Shown: positions 48,653 through 62,350, counted from the stretch's first letter. The stretch is 64,000 nucleotides of DNA from Schmidtea polychroa (GCA_044892525.1 CM097888.1:88660001-88724000); one strand, 5' to 3'. Numbers and translations: made by a program. The notes: generated from the letters alone by a model not told the origin.

Positions 48653-50417
48653 CAGGGCATGCNNNNNNNNNNNNNNNNNNNNNNNNNNNNNNNNNNNNNN
48701 NNNNNNNNNNNNNNNNNNNNNNNNNNNNNNNNNNNNNNNNNNNNNNNNNNNNNNNNNNNNNNNNNNNNNNNNNNNNNNNNNNNNNNNNNNNNNNNNNNNN
48801 NNNNNNNNNNNNNNNNNNNNNNNNNNNNNNNNNNNNNNNNNNNNNNNNNNNNNNNNNNNNNNNNNNNNNNNNNNNNNTAGATTTTTTTTTAATTAATGAA
48901 TATTTTTTTTTAATTGATGAGTATTATTTTTTAATCGATGAATATTTTATTTTAATTAATGAATGTTTTCTGTGAACCCTTTATGGACCAACCAACTTGT
49001 ATACCGGACAGAAGGTCCAAAAATATCTCAGATGAAAAACGTCTTGATATAATTCAAGCGTTAGAAGGTGGGAATCTTACTCGTACTTCGGTAGCCAAGA
49101 CATTTAATGTGTCATATTCGAGTGTAGTGAAGATATATGGGGATTTTTGCAAAACGGGCAAAGTTGAAAAATTAAAGGTAGGTGGAAGGAAACCAAAAAA
49201 GTTATCTGTGGAAAACATAACGTTTATAAAAGATTTGTTGCTTGAGAATTGCAGTTTAACCCTAAATGAAATCAAGTTAAAAGTATTCGAGAGGTTTGCA
49301 GTGTCGGTATGCGAGGCAACAATATCGAGTTATATTGAAAGTTTCAATTTTTCATTTAAGAGAATTTCAAAGATTTCAAATGCAGCAATTACAGAGACAT
49401 TGGTTGCAGAACGAAGAACATACAGTAGCTGGTTCCTCGACAAAGTAAATGAAGGGAAAAAATTTCTATTCTTTGATGAAACAGGTTTCCAAGTAACAAT
49501 GAGGAAACATTATGGAAGATCAAAAAAAGGGAAGAAGGCCATTGAGATAGCTCCAGGAATCAAATCAAGAAATAAAACCGTTATGGCTTGTATGTGGAAA
49601 GGCGGGCTAATCCATTATGCAGCTTTAAATACAGCTGGAAATCGAGTTTCTCGTTTGGAATTCACGGAAACACTATGTGAAATTTTAACTTTTGAAAACT
49701 TAACGAATGTGACAATAATTATGGATAATGTCTCATTTCATAAGTGTAGTGAAATTTCAACCTTTATTGAATCGAAAGGACACCAAATCAAGTTTCTACC
49801 ACCCTATAGTCCATTTTTCAGTCCCATTGAATTCATGTTTTCTCAATGGAAAGGTATTGTAAGATCACGAAAACCAAATACTGATGTCGAGCTTTTGAGA
49901 ATTATCGATGATTTTAAAAACATCCTAACGGTAGAACAATGCGAAAATTATGTGAGGCATGTTACAAACAATATTATAAAATGTTTGGGTGGTATAAATG
50001 TATTCGAGGAATAAATATTTTCATTTTAACTTTATTTATTTACCGAATCTTGTTGGTTTATCGTTAATATACATTTTACTCGTGTTTACAAAAATGAATT
50101 CAAAATAAATATTTTTATAAATATTCATCAATTAAAAAAAAATATTCATAAATTAAAAAAAAACACTCATAAATTAAAAAAAAATCTATTNNNNNNNNNN
50201 NNNNNNNNNNNNNNNNNNNNNNNNNNNNNNNNNNNNNNNNNNNNNNNNNNNNNNNNNNNNNNNNNNNNNNNNNNNNNNNNNNNNNNNNNNNNNNNNNNNN
50301 NNNNNNNNNNNNNNNNNNNNNNNNNNNNNNNNNNNNNNNNNNNNNNNNNNNNNNNNNNNNNNNNNNNNNNNNNNNNNNNNNNNNNNNNNNNNNNNNNNNN
50401 NNNNNNNNNNNNNNNNN
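48653..50417 (+). mobile_element. Tc1-like transposon with long TIRs built from about 20-bp subrepeats
   Basis: 48878-48945 is inverted relative to about 50120-50190; TA|CAGGG at 48651 and TA right after the right gap; outer TIRs lie in N-runs. Confidence 0.7.
48959..50014 (+). CDS. IS630/Tc1-mariner transposase, DD34E, intact ORF
   Basis: N-terminal HTH, FFDETGF, IMDNVSFH, LPPYSPFFSPIE; 34 residues counted between D2 and E. Confidence 0.93.
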   Translation: MNVFCEPFMDQPTCIPDRRSKNISDEKRLDIIQALEGGNLTRTSVAKTFNVSYSSVVKIYGDFCKTGKVEKLKVGGRKPKKLSVENITFIKDLLLENCSLTLNEIKLKVFERFAVSVCEATISSYIESFNFSFKRISKISNAAITETLVAERRTYSSWFLDKVNEGKKFLFFDETGFQVTMRKHYGRSKKGKKAIEIAPGIKSRNKTVMACMWKGGLIHYAALNTAGNRVSRLEFTETLCEILTFENLTNVTIIMDNVSFHKCSEISTFIESKGHQIKFLPPYSPFFSPIEFMFSQWKGIVRSRKPNTDVELLRIIDDFKNILTVEQCENYVRHVTNNIIKCLGGINVFEE

Positions 50418-51242
50418 TAAATATTTAGAGTAGAAAATAATTTTATTTGAGAAATAATAATTATATGGAAAATTAACACATCTAAATATAAAACCTAAAA
50501 TCAAAATCTCAAAAATTATAAATGTTAGAAATTACAAATATTTACCTTAGTAATTTACCTGGTCTAATTGTCATCAATAATCTAATACGGGTGAGGAGGG
50601 AGGGGGAGGGGGAGGGGAGATTCACTTTATGATTTCTTCGGAATTTTTCCATTTTAATTTTCATGGAAAATCAATAATTTATTCAATAATTTATTAAATA
50701 ATTTCTTCCTTTTTTAAAATTTTATTTTAATTGTTGTAATGGAATCGTAGAATTCTCCGGGAGATTCTTCGCATCGGAAACCGATGAGTTATTTGCTCTA
50801 AAAAATACACTGGGAAAAATGTTGAAAAAATTCCCGATTTGCCCACAATCTGCAGACGGCCGTTAAAAACAATTTATTGAGAAAATTTTTTTTGTTCGTG
50901 ATAATTTGCAAATGAAAGAAATTCAGACATTCAGCTATATTTTCATGGGAGAGATTGCATTTGAGGCGGAAATTTGATAATTCATTATCTGGACATCAGG
51001 CAGCATGAATGTCGGGAAGGCTTATGAATGTTTAATTCTACCGCCTAAATCTTTGTTATATAATATTCGTTAAAGAAAGCCTTTGTAATTGTCCTTTTCA
51101 TAGGCTTGAGCAAGGAAAGAAATTGAGATCCGGAGTATCCTTCACAAGAAATCCTTTTGTAAACTTAAGTAATTAAGAGAGAAGTGTTAAACTAGAAATG
51201 ATTTGAAAGGTTCAAGATGAATGATGTTAATGTAAAGAGTAA

Positions 51243-51693
51243 AGATCATTCAGAACAATAACAGTCTTTTTGACCTATTACAAGTAGAATGGTATTTGTA
51301 ATATTTTTCACTTTTTGTGATGGATTTTTAATGACTAGATAAACATACATATGTATGTGGCATTACACCCATTACAGGTAAAGCGATAAACAAGACCGGA
51401 GTTTTAGACTTATTAATAAATATATTGCATACTTTCCATGAATTTGAAACATTCCTGTAGTGTAAATTATTTAACTGCTTTTCTATCTTCTTTTTATAAT
51501 CCTTAAAACCTTCTCTGTCCGGCAATACCAACACAAATTTAGGCTCATCATCCTTACACACACTATTTATTTTATTTAACTCATCAGACTCACACACACA
51601 CACACCTTAACAAAATCACATCCAGATTTTCTCAAACATGGATCCTTAGAATTTTTAATAAATTTATCAACAGTCTCTTCTACCATAATTAAT
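51243..51693 (-). mobile_element. Second decayed copy of the same Penelope-like fragment
   Basis: Reverse-complement similarity to 15148-15560, frameshifted. Confidence 0.75.
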
Positions 51694-54600
51694 AAAAAGG
51701 ATTTTGCATAACCATTCTTATATAGCAATTCAACCTATTAGTCAACACTTTTTACTGAATTTACAAAAGTAGACGACAAAGACGAACGATAAACCAACCC
51801 CTTTACTCTATTTCTCTTAGACTTAAATTCACAAAATCTTTCGAATGAAGTTTAGAAACCAGTATCAGTTGGTTTTCTATAAATATTAAAAATGTTTAAA
51901 AAAAGTATGTCACCCCAAAAGAAGAGTCCCATCCTACAACTGACTGCAAACCTTTAAATATAAAATTTATTTCAACAATATTTAATAAATCTTTTTATTT
52001 TCTGACAAATTAGTCAAATCGACAATTACATAGTCAAAATATAAATATTAGTTTTACTTTCAAGAATATTTAATAAAACAAAAATCTAACGTCAACAATA
52101 TAATTGCCGAGATTTGATGTAATTTTTTGAAGAGAAAATTCATTAAATGGATAAAATTGTTCCATAAACAATGCAAAATTAAGTTAATTATCTTACAAAT
52201 ACAGTCAAAAGAAAATCAAATGAAATTTCTGTGTTTGGGGAAATGTTTCTGTCGACCGGACAGATTTTCCAATTTTTAGGGTAATAAAAATAGTTGTATT
52301 TATTAAAAATATATATTTATTTTTTTATTTTACTTCAAAAGGGTTTTTTTGACTTATCAAAAAAATAAAACAAAATTTAAAAAATTTTTTAAATAATTTA
52401 AAAAAATTTTTAAATATTTTAAAATTTTTTAAAATTAAATCGGGTTTGATCATATAATATTTTAAACTTTGAAAATAAATTCAGATGTATACATTCTATA
52501 TTAAAAGACATAAATGTCATCCTAGTATGCCATGTTGCAATAATGAATATTTTAGCTAAATGTAGTGTGCATTTTATTATTATCTTATTATTTTAAAATT
52601 CATATTAATGTATGCATTTACTAGTGACTATATACTAAAACTGAATTTAAAACTTTAACTGTAACATATATATCGTCCTAGAATCGATGTCGCTCGATTT
52701 CTATTCTGGAATTTATGGCAAATAATTTTGGGTCGTGATATATTTGATTTTATTAGACAATTTCATGAGAATTAAGTAACTGTGGTTAATAAAAATAAAA
52801 GACTACATGTCTAGTCTTAAAGCTACATGTTTGAATTGTTATATTTTTGAAAAGAAACCCGAAAAAAAGATTCGAATAAAGAGAAAAAGAGTGATAAAAT
52901 GATTTATTAAAGGTTGAAATATTTAATTTACTTTAAACTACGGATAAAGGGCAAAGCCATTAAGAAAACCTATCTAAATTTATTAAATTATTGCTATTAT
53001 AAAACAATGATAATTCATTTATTTGTTTTAAGATCTAATTTGATTCTTAATTTTTAATATTTGTTGGGGGTTGCCGATGAAATTAAATATTACCAATTAT
53101 TGATCTGATACCAAAGCATGCGTTTAACAGGCAGTTTAAATTTATTGATTAAGACAATTTATTACCAATTTACCTTGACACAAATAATTCAATATCACTA
53201 CCAAGACTTGAGTGTTTATTGCAATACTTTAGGAGGAATAACACGTTTACAGAACAACTTAGAATTGACAGCCACTTGACAGCCACAATGATTGGTAAAT
53301 TAGATATAGTTGCTTTTTTAGCTTTTACTAAAATTTACTCGATAAATTTTATTTGTTTTAAATCACTTTTCCGATAACTTCATAATTCACCTTGGGTTTC
53401 GTTCAAATTCTGTTTACTTCTTTTCTTTACAACTTCTGTCTCCTTTTTCTCCTTTAAAAATTGTATCCTTTAAACATTTTCTCTTTGATTCAAGTCGTAT
53501 TTCTTTTTATAGTCTGCAATCTAATGCCACTTAATGATATTGACTTTCGCTTAGATTCCTTCTAATCGTATATTCCTTTTGGTCATCTCCAGTTCTCGCG
53601 GATTTCCCGTTGATCCTGTTCCTTTATCTCGTACTAGCTATCGAGATAAGAAATTTAATTTCGATTTTGTTTGTAGTTTTTCCTACTTCCTTATTGTACT
53701 CAAAAAATCAAAAATTATTTTGCTATTAAAAATAAATTTTCGGCTTGATCATTATTTAATTTTTTGATATTTTTAATTCATGCTTGTTATTTATCTCTGG
53801 AAATATTTTTAAAAAAGAATAACAAAAATCGCAAAATATTTCCGAATAAAATTTAATTCAATTTAAAGCTAATAAAATATTTTCATAAAGACAAAAATGA
53901 AAAAAATTTCAAAAAATGAGAAAATACACGAATAAAACAAAAATAAACATTTGAAAAATTTCTAAAATCGATAATGTAAACAAAATCCATTTCTTAAATA
54001 TAAGAAAAAATAAAAAATAGAAAATAATAAAAAAAATAAAATGAATTTTAAATAATCGATAAAAATAAAATTATAAATTCAATATAGTGAAAAAAATTGA
54101 TTTTCTTTAAAATTAAAAAGAAAATTCCAAAATTGTTGATAAAAGTTTTGGAAAAAATTATCTTATCTTAAAGACGGTGAAAGCATATAATCCATTAAAT
54201 ATTCATATTTTTTTTTAGAGAAATATATATTAGCAATTCTTCAGACGATATCAGTTAGACCTTGGGGAGCAAATTCCTTAATAGGTCATTAAATTTTCTT
54301 TGGGAATTTCTTCAAATTTTATTTCCCTAATCCGTTCGGTAGACTTGTATATTTTGGACAAAAAAATTAAATGAAATTTTTTTATTAATCGATTCAAGAA
54401 ACAATTAATTAAAATGCAATTTATTACTTTTTAAGAGTTTGTTTTTGATTTAGCATTCCATTAGTTGATACTCAGTATTAACCCGTTTGGCTAGCTGGGC
54501 AGTGCCGAGGGAAAATAGAATTTCCCAAGTCAGAATGATTATTCGAATAGCCAGGGCATACTATATCTAATTGTTGGGATTATGTAAATTAAACAAAAAT

Positions 54601-57600
54601 GTAAACTCTCTAAAATTTATTTAAATTTGAATTGAAAATTAAGTGCAAAAAAATAATTAAAAATTTGAAAAATCAATATTTTCGAGTGGAAGTTTTGGGC
54701 AAATACAAATATAAAGGACTAATATAATATTTTAAAATCGATTACAAACCTATGTAATTACAAAATTATAAATTAATTAATTTAATAATTAAAGTCTCAG
54801 TATGAAATAAAAACCTAAATCTTGACAGGCGTCATTACATTAAATGGCATACAGTCAAATTCACATGAATAATAAATTCCGATCTAATTCCACCAATTAA
54901 AATCAAACAAAATTACACACACTTTTAAGTTATTTGCGTGAATTATGAAAATTATGGAAACTGACAAATGATGTGCTATATACCATAGGCAGAAAAAATA
55001 ATTTTGGTGAAAAGAATAGAATACAAAGAACAAAAGATTGATCGAACTCACGTAATAGGGAGAAAATTACTACACTCACTTAAAAAATATTTTCGAAATT
55101 GTTAGCGAACAAAAACAATTTAGAAGAGTTTTAAAATTTTGAATTTAAATAAAAATAGATTAAATAAATCACAAACGCCCTGAAATTTATAATAAATACA
55201 AAAGTTCAATTTTAATAGAAATATTTTTTAAAATGTAAATTTAATGAAAAATATAATTTTTTAATTTCCACCTACCCTTAATATGTGTCTTTGCGTCACT
55301 TAATTGATGACAGTTGGGTAACTATATAAAAACCTTCAAACTCATACACACATACGAATTCTATAATAAAATATACTTACATATGGGAACATATTAATGA
55401 CTAAAAAGCTTTATGATCATTTTCTTCTATATCTTTGTAAGTTTTATTATTTATGTTTAGTCGGTGACAGAAATTTAAAATTGCCAACAATGTTTTGGAT
55501 TTATAAACACATTTAGATATGGCAATGGAATTTGGCGGTCATTCAAAACTTCGGGCATCATTTTTGTTTTTATTAAAAAGTCTGAAATGTTTTTGCGAAA
55601 ACGTTATCCAAAAACTCCACAAATATATATTAATTTTCAATGTGCATTATTTGCCAGATTTGATAACTTACTTTTCAAAAACCTCTTCTACAATATGAAT
55701 GAGTTTTTTCCTTTAAAATATTTTTAGGCTCCACGATGAATGAAAGATTTCATCGATAATTTGAGAGCTATTGCCATCTTTACAAAAGTATTTTTAGAGT
55801 GTACCAAGTTCTATTTTGTTTGAATGAAAATTTCTGTTTCTGTTTCGTCCAGCTCCTTAATAATTCCTAAATAATAACCTTCGTCATGAACAAATTGGTC
55901 CACAGTTGGGTTAAATTTGAATTGTCCATGTGGTCTTTTATTTCACTTTTGAAGGTACAATGCAACACGTCGGCACTACATTACCAACCCGAAGACAATA
56001 TAACTAATAAATAATTCTCAGTTTATTTTATCCTTCGGTAACTGTTTGCTAAGTTTATTAGAAATATAATTAACAAATAAATAAATTAATCTATAGAAAT
56101 TAGTTCCAAACAATTTACAATACTTGCTATAAATACATCTCTAATGTTGATTTGATTGGTTCAAAAATATTTGCATTGTCACAGTTTGCATGAATAATAT
56201 TTAATTCAAATAATTCTTTATTCCTAGGAGATTTTTCTTTGCATTTTTCTCAAATTCATTTAACAAAACTTTTGATTTAATTTTACCCAAAATGTCAAAC
56301 CTAATAAAAAATAAACCTGCTTCATTGACATAATTTAAACATGAATAAATTATTTGAATAATTGACCTAGAAATAAAATTTAATTGATGCATTAAAACAC
56401 AATGTAAATATTTAAAAATCATATTTCAGAATTGAACAATTAGGTCCAGGATGTCAATTGTGATATAAGTTTGGATTATGAATGTAAAGATGACGAGGGC
56501 GGTGACAGTAATGGAAGGGAAATGTCGTAAATTTTAGAGAGAAGGAACATAATTTTAAATAGCCTCAAAAATAAAATTATTTTATTTTATTTAAAGTCAG
56601 TTTAAGAATTACGTTGAGCAATTTAAATTTTGTCATAAAAAGAACTTAATGAACTTAAAAGGAAGTTAATTAATATAATTGATAGAAATGTTCTTTAAAA
56701 TTTTCGAAAAATTTCCTCGTGAATTATATTCATTTGATCTTTTAGCAAAGAAGCGAAAGTAAAATGGGAAAGAATCATTTTCTCTAGTGAATTTATACAT
56801 AATTGTCGAAATTAATTACAGCTCAAAAGATTCTTGTTCATTTTTGACGAAAGATATGATTAATTTCGATTGACTTGATTTATTTCTCTTTTTAACAAAG
56901 GGCGCCCTCCTCGATCTTCTTTGAAGCTAGGCATTTATGTAAGTATATTCAAGGGGGGATTTGAAAGGGATATTTTATTTTCTTTAATTAATATAATATT
57001 TTGCAAAGATTTAAAATCTGAACGTCTTGTTGGGGTTGTAAAATTAAAATTGCTTTACTAAATGGAATAGACATAAAAATTAGACCTAGGAAATAATTGG
57101 TAGCAATGGGAGATATAATCGAAACAAAATTAGGGAAAAGTGTATAATTAGAATAAAAAACACAAAATTGTTGGGTTATTATTAAAGTCGGTACTGATTC
57201 TGACTCCTGATAAGTAGGATACTATGAGCTTACTAAACCAATGGGCCGATGTGTGTATTACATAGTCCTCGAGTGAGTAGTGGTGACGTTTATGTAGAAT
57301 GTGATTGCATGCCCGTCGCGGTTTACACAGTATATGTGCTTACGTGATCAGACACACAATTAAATAATAATTTTGTTTCAATTAAGTGGTCACCATTTTG
57401 AATTTTTGTTTTAATAAAGTGATTATTATTATTATTTATTATCTTTATTTATTTATCTTGTAGAAAAATTAATTAAAATAATAATAAAAATAAAATATTT
57501 ATTGAAATAAATCACCACCTTTACAACTCTTGATCAACCCTCTCACTTCCCCATATCCATTGCAGTGCAATCATTTCAGAAATTTTAAAAATAAAAATAA

Positions 57601-57808
57601 AACCAAATCCACAAATGTTCATATTTTGGTGACTATTTTCCTTGATTTCATGATTTTGTTCTAATTTGGAATAATTCAAATTACTTCATTTTTCTAGCAG
57701 CTGAGTTTTATTTGTTTTAAACAAGTCACATGTTGACGAGGTCGGCATTGAAGATATAATGATGAATAAATAAATTACATTGATTACAATGAAAGGCATG
57801 CGTATAAA

Positions 57809-57878
57809 CAGTGGCTTAGTGAGGCAAAGTGCCGCCTGTGGTGGTTCCGCCCCCCTACCCCCCTTTACTACGCCAGTG
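57809..57878. mobile_element. 70-bp hAT-type MITE
   Basis: TIR CAGTGGCTTAGT / ACTACGCCAGTG; perfect 8-bp TSD CGTATAAA. Confidence 0.8.
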
Positions 57879-59030
57879 CGTATAAATATCAGTACAAATC
57901 TTGCGCTCTTCATTTCTTGTCGCTTTACTCGATAGAAATATTTTATAATAATTTGTTGTTTTTATTTTGTTTGGTTTTGACAAGAAAATCTCACATTTGT
58001 ATAATTCAAGTTCTATTGATGCTTAGTAATAATTTCCAACTTTATTGTTTTGTTTATAAGAAGTCATTGCATAATTACGTCACGCCAAAAATGACCATTT
58101 TGGACCCACCCACCAACCCTGTCACTTTTGGTCGCATTTCTGTTAATCCAACCATAGTGATGTCATTTTATTGTTCACGAAATGAGGGCAGCCTAGTGGT
58201 ACCATACGGATCTCTAGACTGCTTAAGAGATTGTTGTAGCAGCAATAATTGTTAGTCATCGTTGTCTAGTCAAAGTATCAGCATCACTGTAGCATAGTAG
58301 CAGAGGTAGTTTTTGTAATAATAATTCTTGTGGTTCATAAAATACATTCATCTCAACTCATCCACCCACCCATCTTCGAGCGTGACGAAATTATACAATG
58401 ACCTCTATACGTTATTTTTTGAAAATATTCTGAAAATATTGGGTGTATCACTACCAATGCGAGTTCTTTTGCGTTTAACACCATTGACAATAAATCATGA
58501 TCTCTATTAAGAAATGGTAGCACGTAAGAGCTAAATAACCTCCAATCTCTATAAATAGGAACGCCGTATAAGGAATGTTTGGAAGGTTTCCACAATATGC
58601 AAAACTGAAATATGCTCTATTAATCAGAATGACCAATAATTTGATTATTATTATAAGGGTGGCTATTAATCGTGCTCTGAAATAAATAAAAGTGAGCTAT
58701 AAAATATATTAAAAAATTAATTTAGGATTAAGATTAATAATTTTAAGATTACTTTTAATTTATGGCTCATTTTAAACAACAGCTCTATTTAAATAATTAT
58801 TTGATCTATTACTTCCTTTTAGAGCACAACTAATATTACTCCTTAATATAATTGNNNNNNNNNNNNNNNNNNNNNNNNNNNNNNNNNNNNNNNNNNNNNN
58901 NNNNNNNNNNNNNNNNNNNNNNNNNNNNNNNNNNNNNNNNNNNNNNNNNNNNNNNNNNNNNNNNNNNNNNNNNNNNNNNNNNNNNNNNNNNNNNNNNNNN
59001 NNNNNNNNNNNNNNNNNNNNNNNNNNNNNN

Positions 59031-59200
59031 CAATTTCAACACTGATTATTTTTTCCATTGAATTAAAAAGAGAGCTGGAAGACTATAAATCAATAATATA
59101 TCAATGTTTGTTGATGCTCAAGAATTTTTGGCACTGCCTTTTTCAAGTATCAACAAACATCGATATATTACTGATTTATAGTCTTCAAACTCTCTTTTTA
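59031..59200 (-). repeat. Second copy of the family B hairpin element, core with G12>A
   Basis: Same arms and same junction as 2920-3078; core at 59122-59146 reads GCC-AAAA-AUUC. Confidence 0.75.
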
Positions 59201-59509
59201 NNNNNNNNNNNNNNNNNNNNNNNNNNNNNNNNNNNNNNNNNNNNNNNNNNNNNNNNNNNNNNNNNNNNNNNNNNNNNNNNNNNNNNNNNNNNNNNNNNNN
59301 NNNNNNNNNNNNNNNNNNNNNNNNNNNNNNNNNNNNNNNNNNNNNTCTGGAACTTTTGTAACTCGGAAGCCTCAACAAAAATGTTTTTGTTCCAAAGTTC
59401 CTTCAACGAGATATAGTTGGAGTATCCTAGAAGTAAGAACAAACTAGCGAGATTTATTTACAAGATTGAAATAAAACGTTTAAAATAAAGAACAATCTGT
59501 TGCATAAAA

Positions 59510-61279
59510 TTACAAATTGAAAGCATTTTGTAAAATTGGTTTAATATTCCCTTCGAATTTTCTTTTTACATTCTCTAAATCAGCGATTTCAGCGTACGAA
59601 TATTTCGCGAACCATTCAATGATTTCGTTGACTGATTCTTTCAAAATCTTCAAGTCAATTTGTGATTTAATTCTGCTAATAAAAGTGCTATTCTGTAAGA
59701 TGTGGCCCCGAATTTCATACGCAATGTTCTCGATTTCTTCACGAATTTCGTACGCGATTTCTAAATTTCGATCTTTTTCATTCATCTGCTCATCATTTGG
59801 CATAGAATTTTGTTTGCTATTTAGTTTTTGGAAGTTCTTGTGGATAATGATTTGCCTTTGTAACTTGGTTTCCAAGTCTGTGGCAGTCACAAAAATGTAT
59901 CCATTCGATTTCACTTCTATTTCTATATTGAATAGTATTATCCCCCTCAATCCCGTTGGAGGTCGACGAAATTCAATTTGTCCAAGAAAAGTATTTCGTC
60001 TTGCAATAAGTTTGTTCCCTTCCAATACGTTTATGATTATTTCACTTTGATTGTCAAAGGTCAGGGTAAAGGTCTTTGATTTTTTAATTGGAAGAACTAA
60101 ACCTCTTTCAGCGATCACTTGAGACATCGAACCGAAGACCTCAATGCGTATGTCCTTATATAAAATATCTGGTAGAACGACATAATTAATTTGGTCTTCT
60201 TTACGGAACTGCAGCCCAATTTTAGCAATGCCTCTTACTGGGGCCTCGTTGAAACCGTTTTCCGATCTCAACTCATGATTATAGAAGAAATTTTGAATTT
60301 CCTTTTGTAGTTTTGGTATGCTAAATGAAGATCCTAACAATACGATTTGAGCTATATCCGAGCGTTTTAACTCGATCTCCTTCAGGAAACCAATTAAGGT
60401 TTTCTCCAACTCAAATATTGTATCGGAAATGAGTTCATCATATTTTGCTCGAGTAATCTGAATGACTTCCTCAACATCAACTCCTATAGAATTCCATCGA
60501 AATTCGCTCAAATAGGAAGTGGTTAAGTGAGCTTGTAAATATTCGACTTCTCGTTTCAAATGGAAGATATTTTTCTTATTTTCTAATTTTCTTTCTGTCA
60601 TTCTTTGATATAAAAACAACAGATAGCCTTCTAGGGCCCCGCTAAATTTCATTGAGCCATAGTTACTGATAAAGTGCGTACCTATTACTTCCTGGCCATT
60701 TTGATCACACGAAACCATTACTAAATTTGTGGATTCTTCACCAATATCAATGACCAATACGTTTATGTCCTCTTCGGTTTCATTTATCTCGTACGAATAT
60801 ATTGCCGAGATTGCGTCTCTACTGGACTTTACTACTCGAAACCCTGCCATATTAGCAGCTGCTTTAATGGAAAACAATTGAGATTCGGAGAATTCGTCTG
60901 GAACGGTAAGTGCTATCGAGGAAACATTGGAATTTAGGAAGCCTTCAGCACTCGTTTTTAAATACTTAAATACGTAAGTTAAAATCTCCTCAATTGTCAA
61001 ATACGTCAAATCCTTCATTTTAGTCTTAATGTATGGCTTGTTGTATTTGTTCTTGATTTTAAACCGAAATGGGTATTGTTTCATAGAAACTATTTCACTG
61101 AAGGTCTTTCCAGCCAAATATTGCAAACCATCTATGAGAATTAGAGGACTTGAACTGTATCTGGCCTCCTTACCTATTAGAACTTTATCATTCTCGCTGA
61201 AACCAACAAGAATTTGAGTTTTCAATTCTCCTATTGAATTTGGGATTAAATCCGAACTTTCGTGGTCACAAAGAGACAT
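59510..61279 (-). CDS. Highly divergent Hsp70-family protein
   Basis: IALTVPDEF, AAANMAGFRV, VLVIDIG, IVLLGSSFSIPKLQ, INVLEG, GLRGI; N-terminal DLGTT motif not found. Confidence 0.88.
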   Translation of the reverse strand: MSLCDHESSDLIPNSIGELKTQILVGFSENDKVLIGKEARYSSSPLILIDGLQYLAGKTFSEIVSMKQYPFRFKIKNKYNKPYIKTKMKDLTYLTIEEILTYVFKYLKTSAEGFLNSNVSSIALTVPDEFSESQLFSIKAAANMAGFRVVKSSRDAISAIYSYEINETEEDINVLVIDIGEESTNLVMVSCDQNGQEVIGTHFISNYGSMKFSGALEGYLLFLYQRMTERKLENKKNIFHLKREVEYLQAHLTTSYLSEFRWNSIGVDVEEVIQITRAKYDELISDTIFELEKTLIGFLKEIELKRSDIAQIVLLGSSFSIPKLQKEIQNFFYNHELRSENGFNEAPVRGIAKIGLQFRKEDQINYVVLPDILYKDIRIEVFGSMSQVIAERGLVLPIKKSKTFTLTFDNQSEIIINVLEGNKLIARRNTFLGQIEFRRPPTGLRGIILFNIEIEVKSNGYIFVTATDLETKLQRQIIIHKNFQKLNSKQNSMPNDEQMNEKDRNLEIAYEIREEIENIAYEIRGHILQNSTFISRIKSQIDLKILKESVNEIIEWFAKYSYAEIADLENVKRKFEGNIKPILQNAFNL

Positions 61280-62311
61280 TCTAGGAGGTAATTAATTGAA
61301 AATTGTTGAAAATAACAGCAAAATTAATAATTTTTATAATTTTGCAAATTTGTGGTAGAATCACAAATCTAGCCTCACTCCCTGTGATCTTTAATTATGA
61401 ACAAAATATTCAACAAATAACAAATTTTATTTTCCCCTAAAATTACACAAAGTCTGAGGAAATTTGACAGTTGATTTCAATATAAACATTAATCAAACGA
61501 AGGCTCTTAAAGGTAATCTACTTTCTTGGGAATCGATGTTTTATACACTATTTCCAAATTTAATTCGCTATAAGCAGGAAAATGAGAACACTGTCTGATG
61601 ATTGCATACACACACAATTATTAGGGACATACATTCTAGATCACTAGGCAAAAGTGAAATACAACCGATGCTATGCATAAACATCATGATGAAAAATGAG
61701 CACACGGTTTTGAGTTTATTACGTATCGGTGAATTTCCTATGATACCAAGAAAAATGTTAATCCAAAATATGTCCAAATTGTCTACTTGGTGTATCAATG
61801 TTTCCCAGCCATATTTTTATTCTGCCCAACTTAAGTATTTTTATAATTCTAATCTTCCCATCTAACATACATAATTTTTTTATGGGAAAAAAAATCCTAT
61901 ATGACAATTTGTTAAGGACACAGCATTTAGGATTTAGAAAGAAATTGGGATATTATAAGAAAAAAATGAAATTTCAAAACACATAATAGAGAACTGAAAT
62001 TGAATTACAAAATAATTTTGATAAAGTTACTATACTGCATTGCTCATTTTTAAATTGCCCACCAGTGGGGCGCGGGACCCACCTTGGGAATCGTTGCGTT
62101 AGATAATTCACAAAACCTGGATTATTCTTACGCTAATAATAATTTCCCTTTATAAATCTCACTTAGTATAAATCTGCTTTTAAAAATTTTAATTTGAAAC
62201 GAAATAAATTATATTAAAATATTTTATATAAATTGATAATTATTTTAACGTTTATTTTAAAATTATTATGAAATTAATAATTATAAAATAACGTCAATCA
62301 AACATTCTTTT

Positions 62312-62350
62312 CGCGATATCTTTCGACAGTTTTCCTGTCATCATCAGGTG
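62312..62350 (-). ncRNA. Predicted hammerhead, family C (canonical CUGAUGA core, extra U after A9)
   Basis: CAC-CUGAUGA-U-GACAG(GAAAA)CUGUC-GAAA-GAUAUC-GCG. Confidence 0.7.

Noticed and set aside
51582-51592. CTGATGA on the minus strand as a hammerhead
   Set aside because: Lies in the coding remnant (ESDELNK) with no stem II or GAAA; same for CTGATGA at about 13581 and 61596.
54480-54565. GC-richer island containing GGCAGTGCCGA
   Set aside because: Shares only the family B stem II; no core and no recognisable RNA family.
58170-58600. Coding-like minus-strand segment, first read as kinesin
   Set aside because: Multiple stops and no convincing motif; left unassigned.
59101-59150. Invertible loop between the two family B hairpins
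   Set aside because: Opposite loop orientation is fully explained by a symmetric element inserted the other way round.
201-59442. Long ORFs made mostly of X
   Set aside because: Artefacts of N-runs; only the flanking residues were used.
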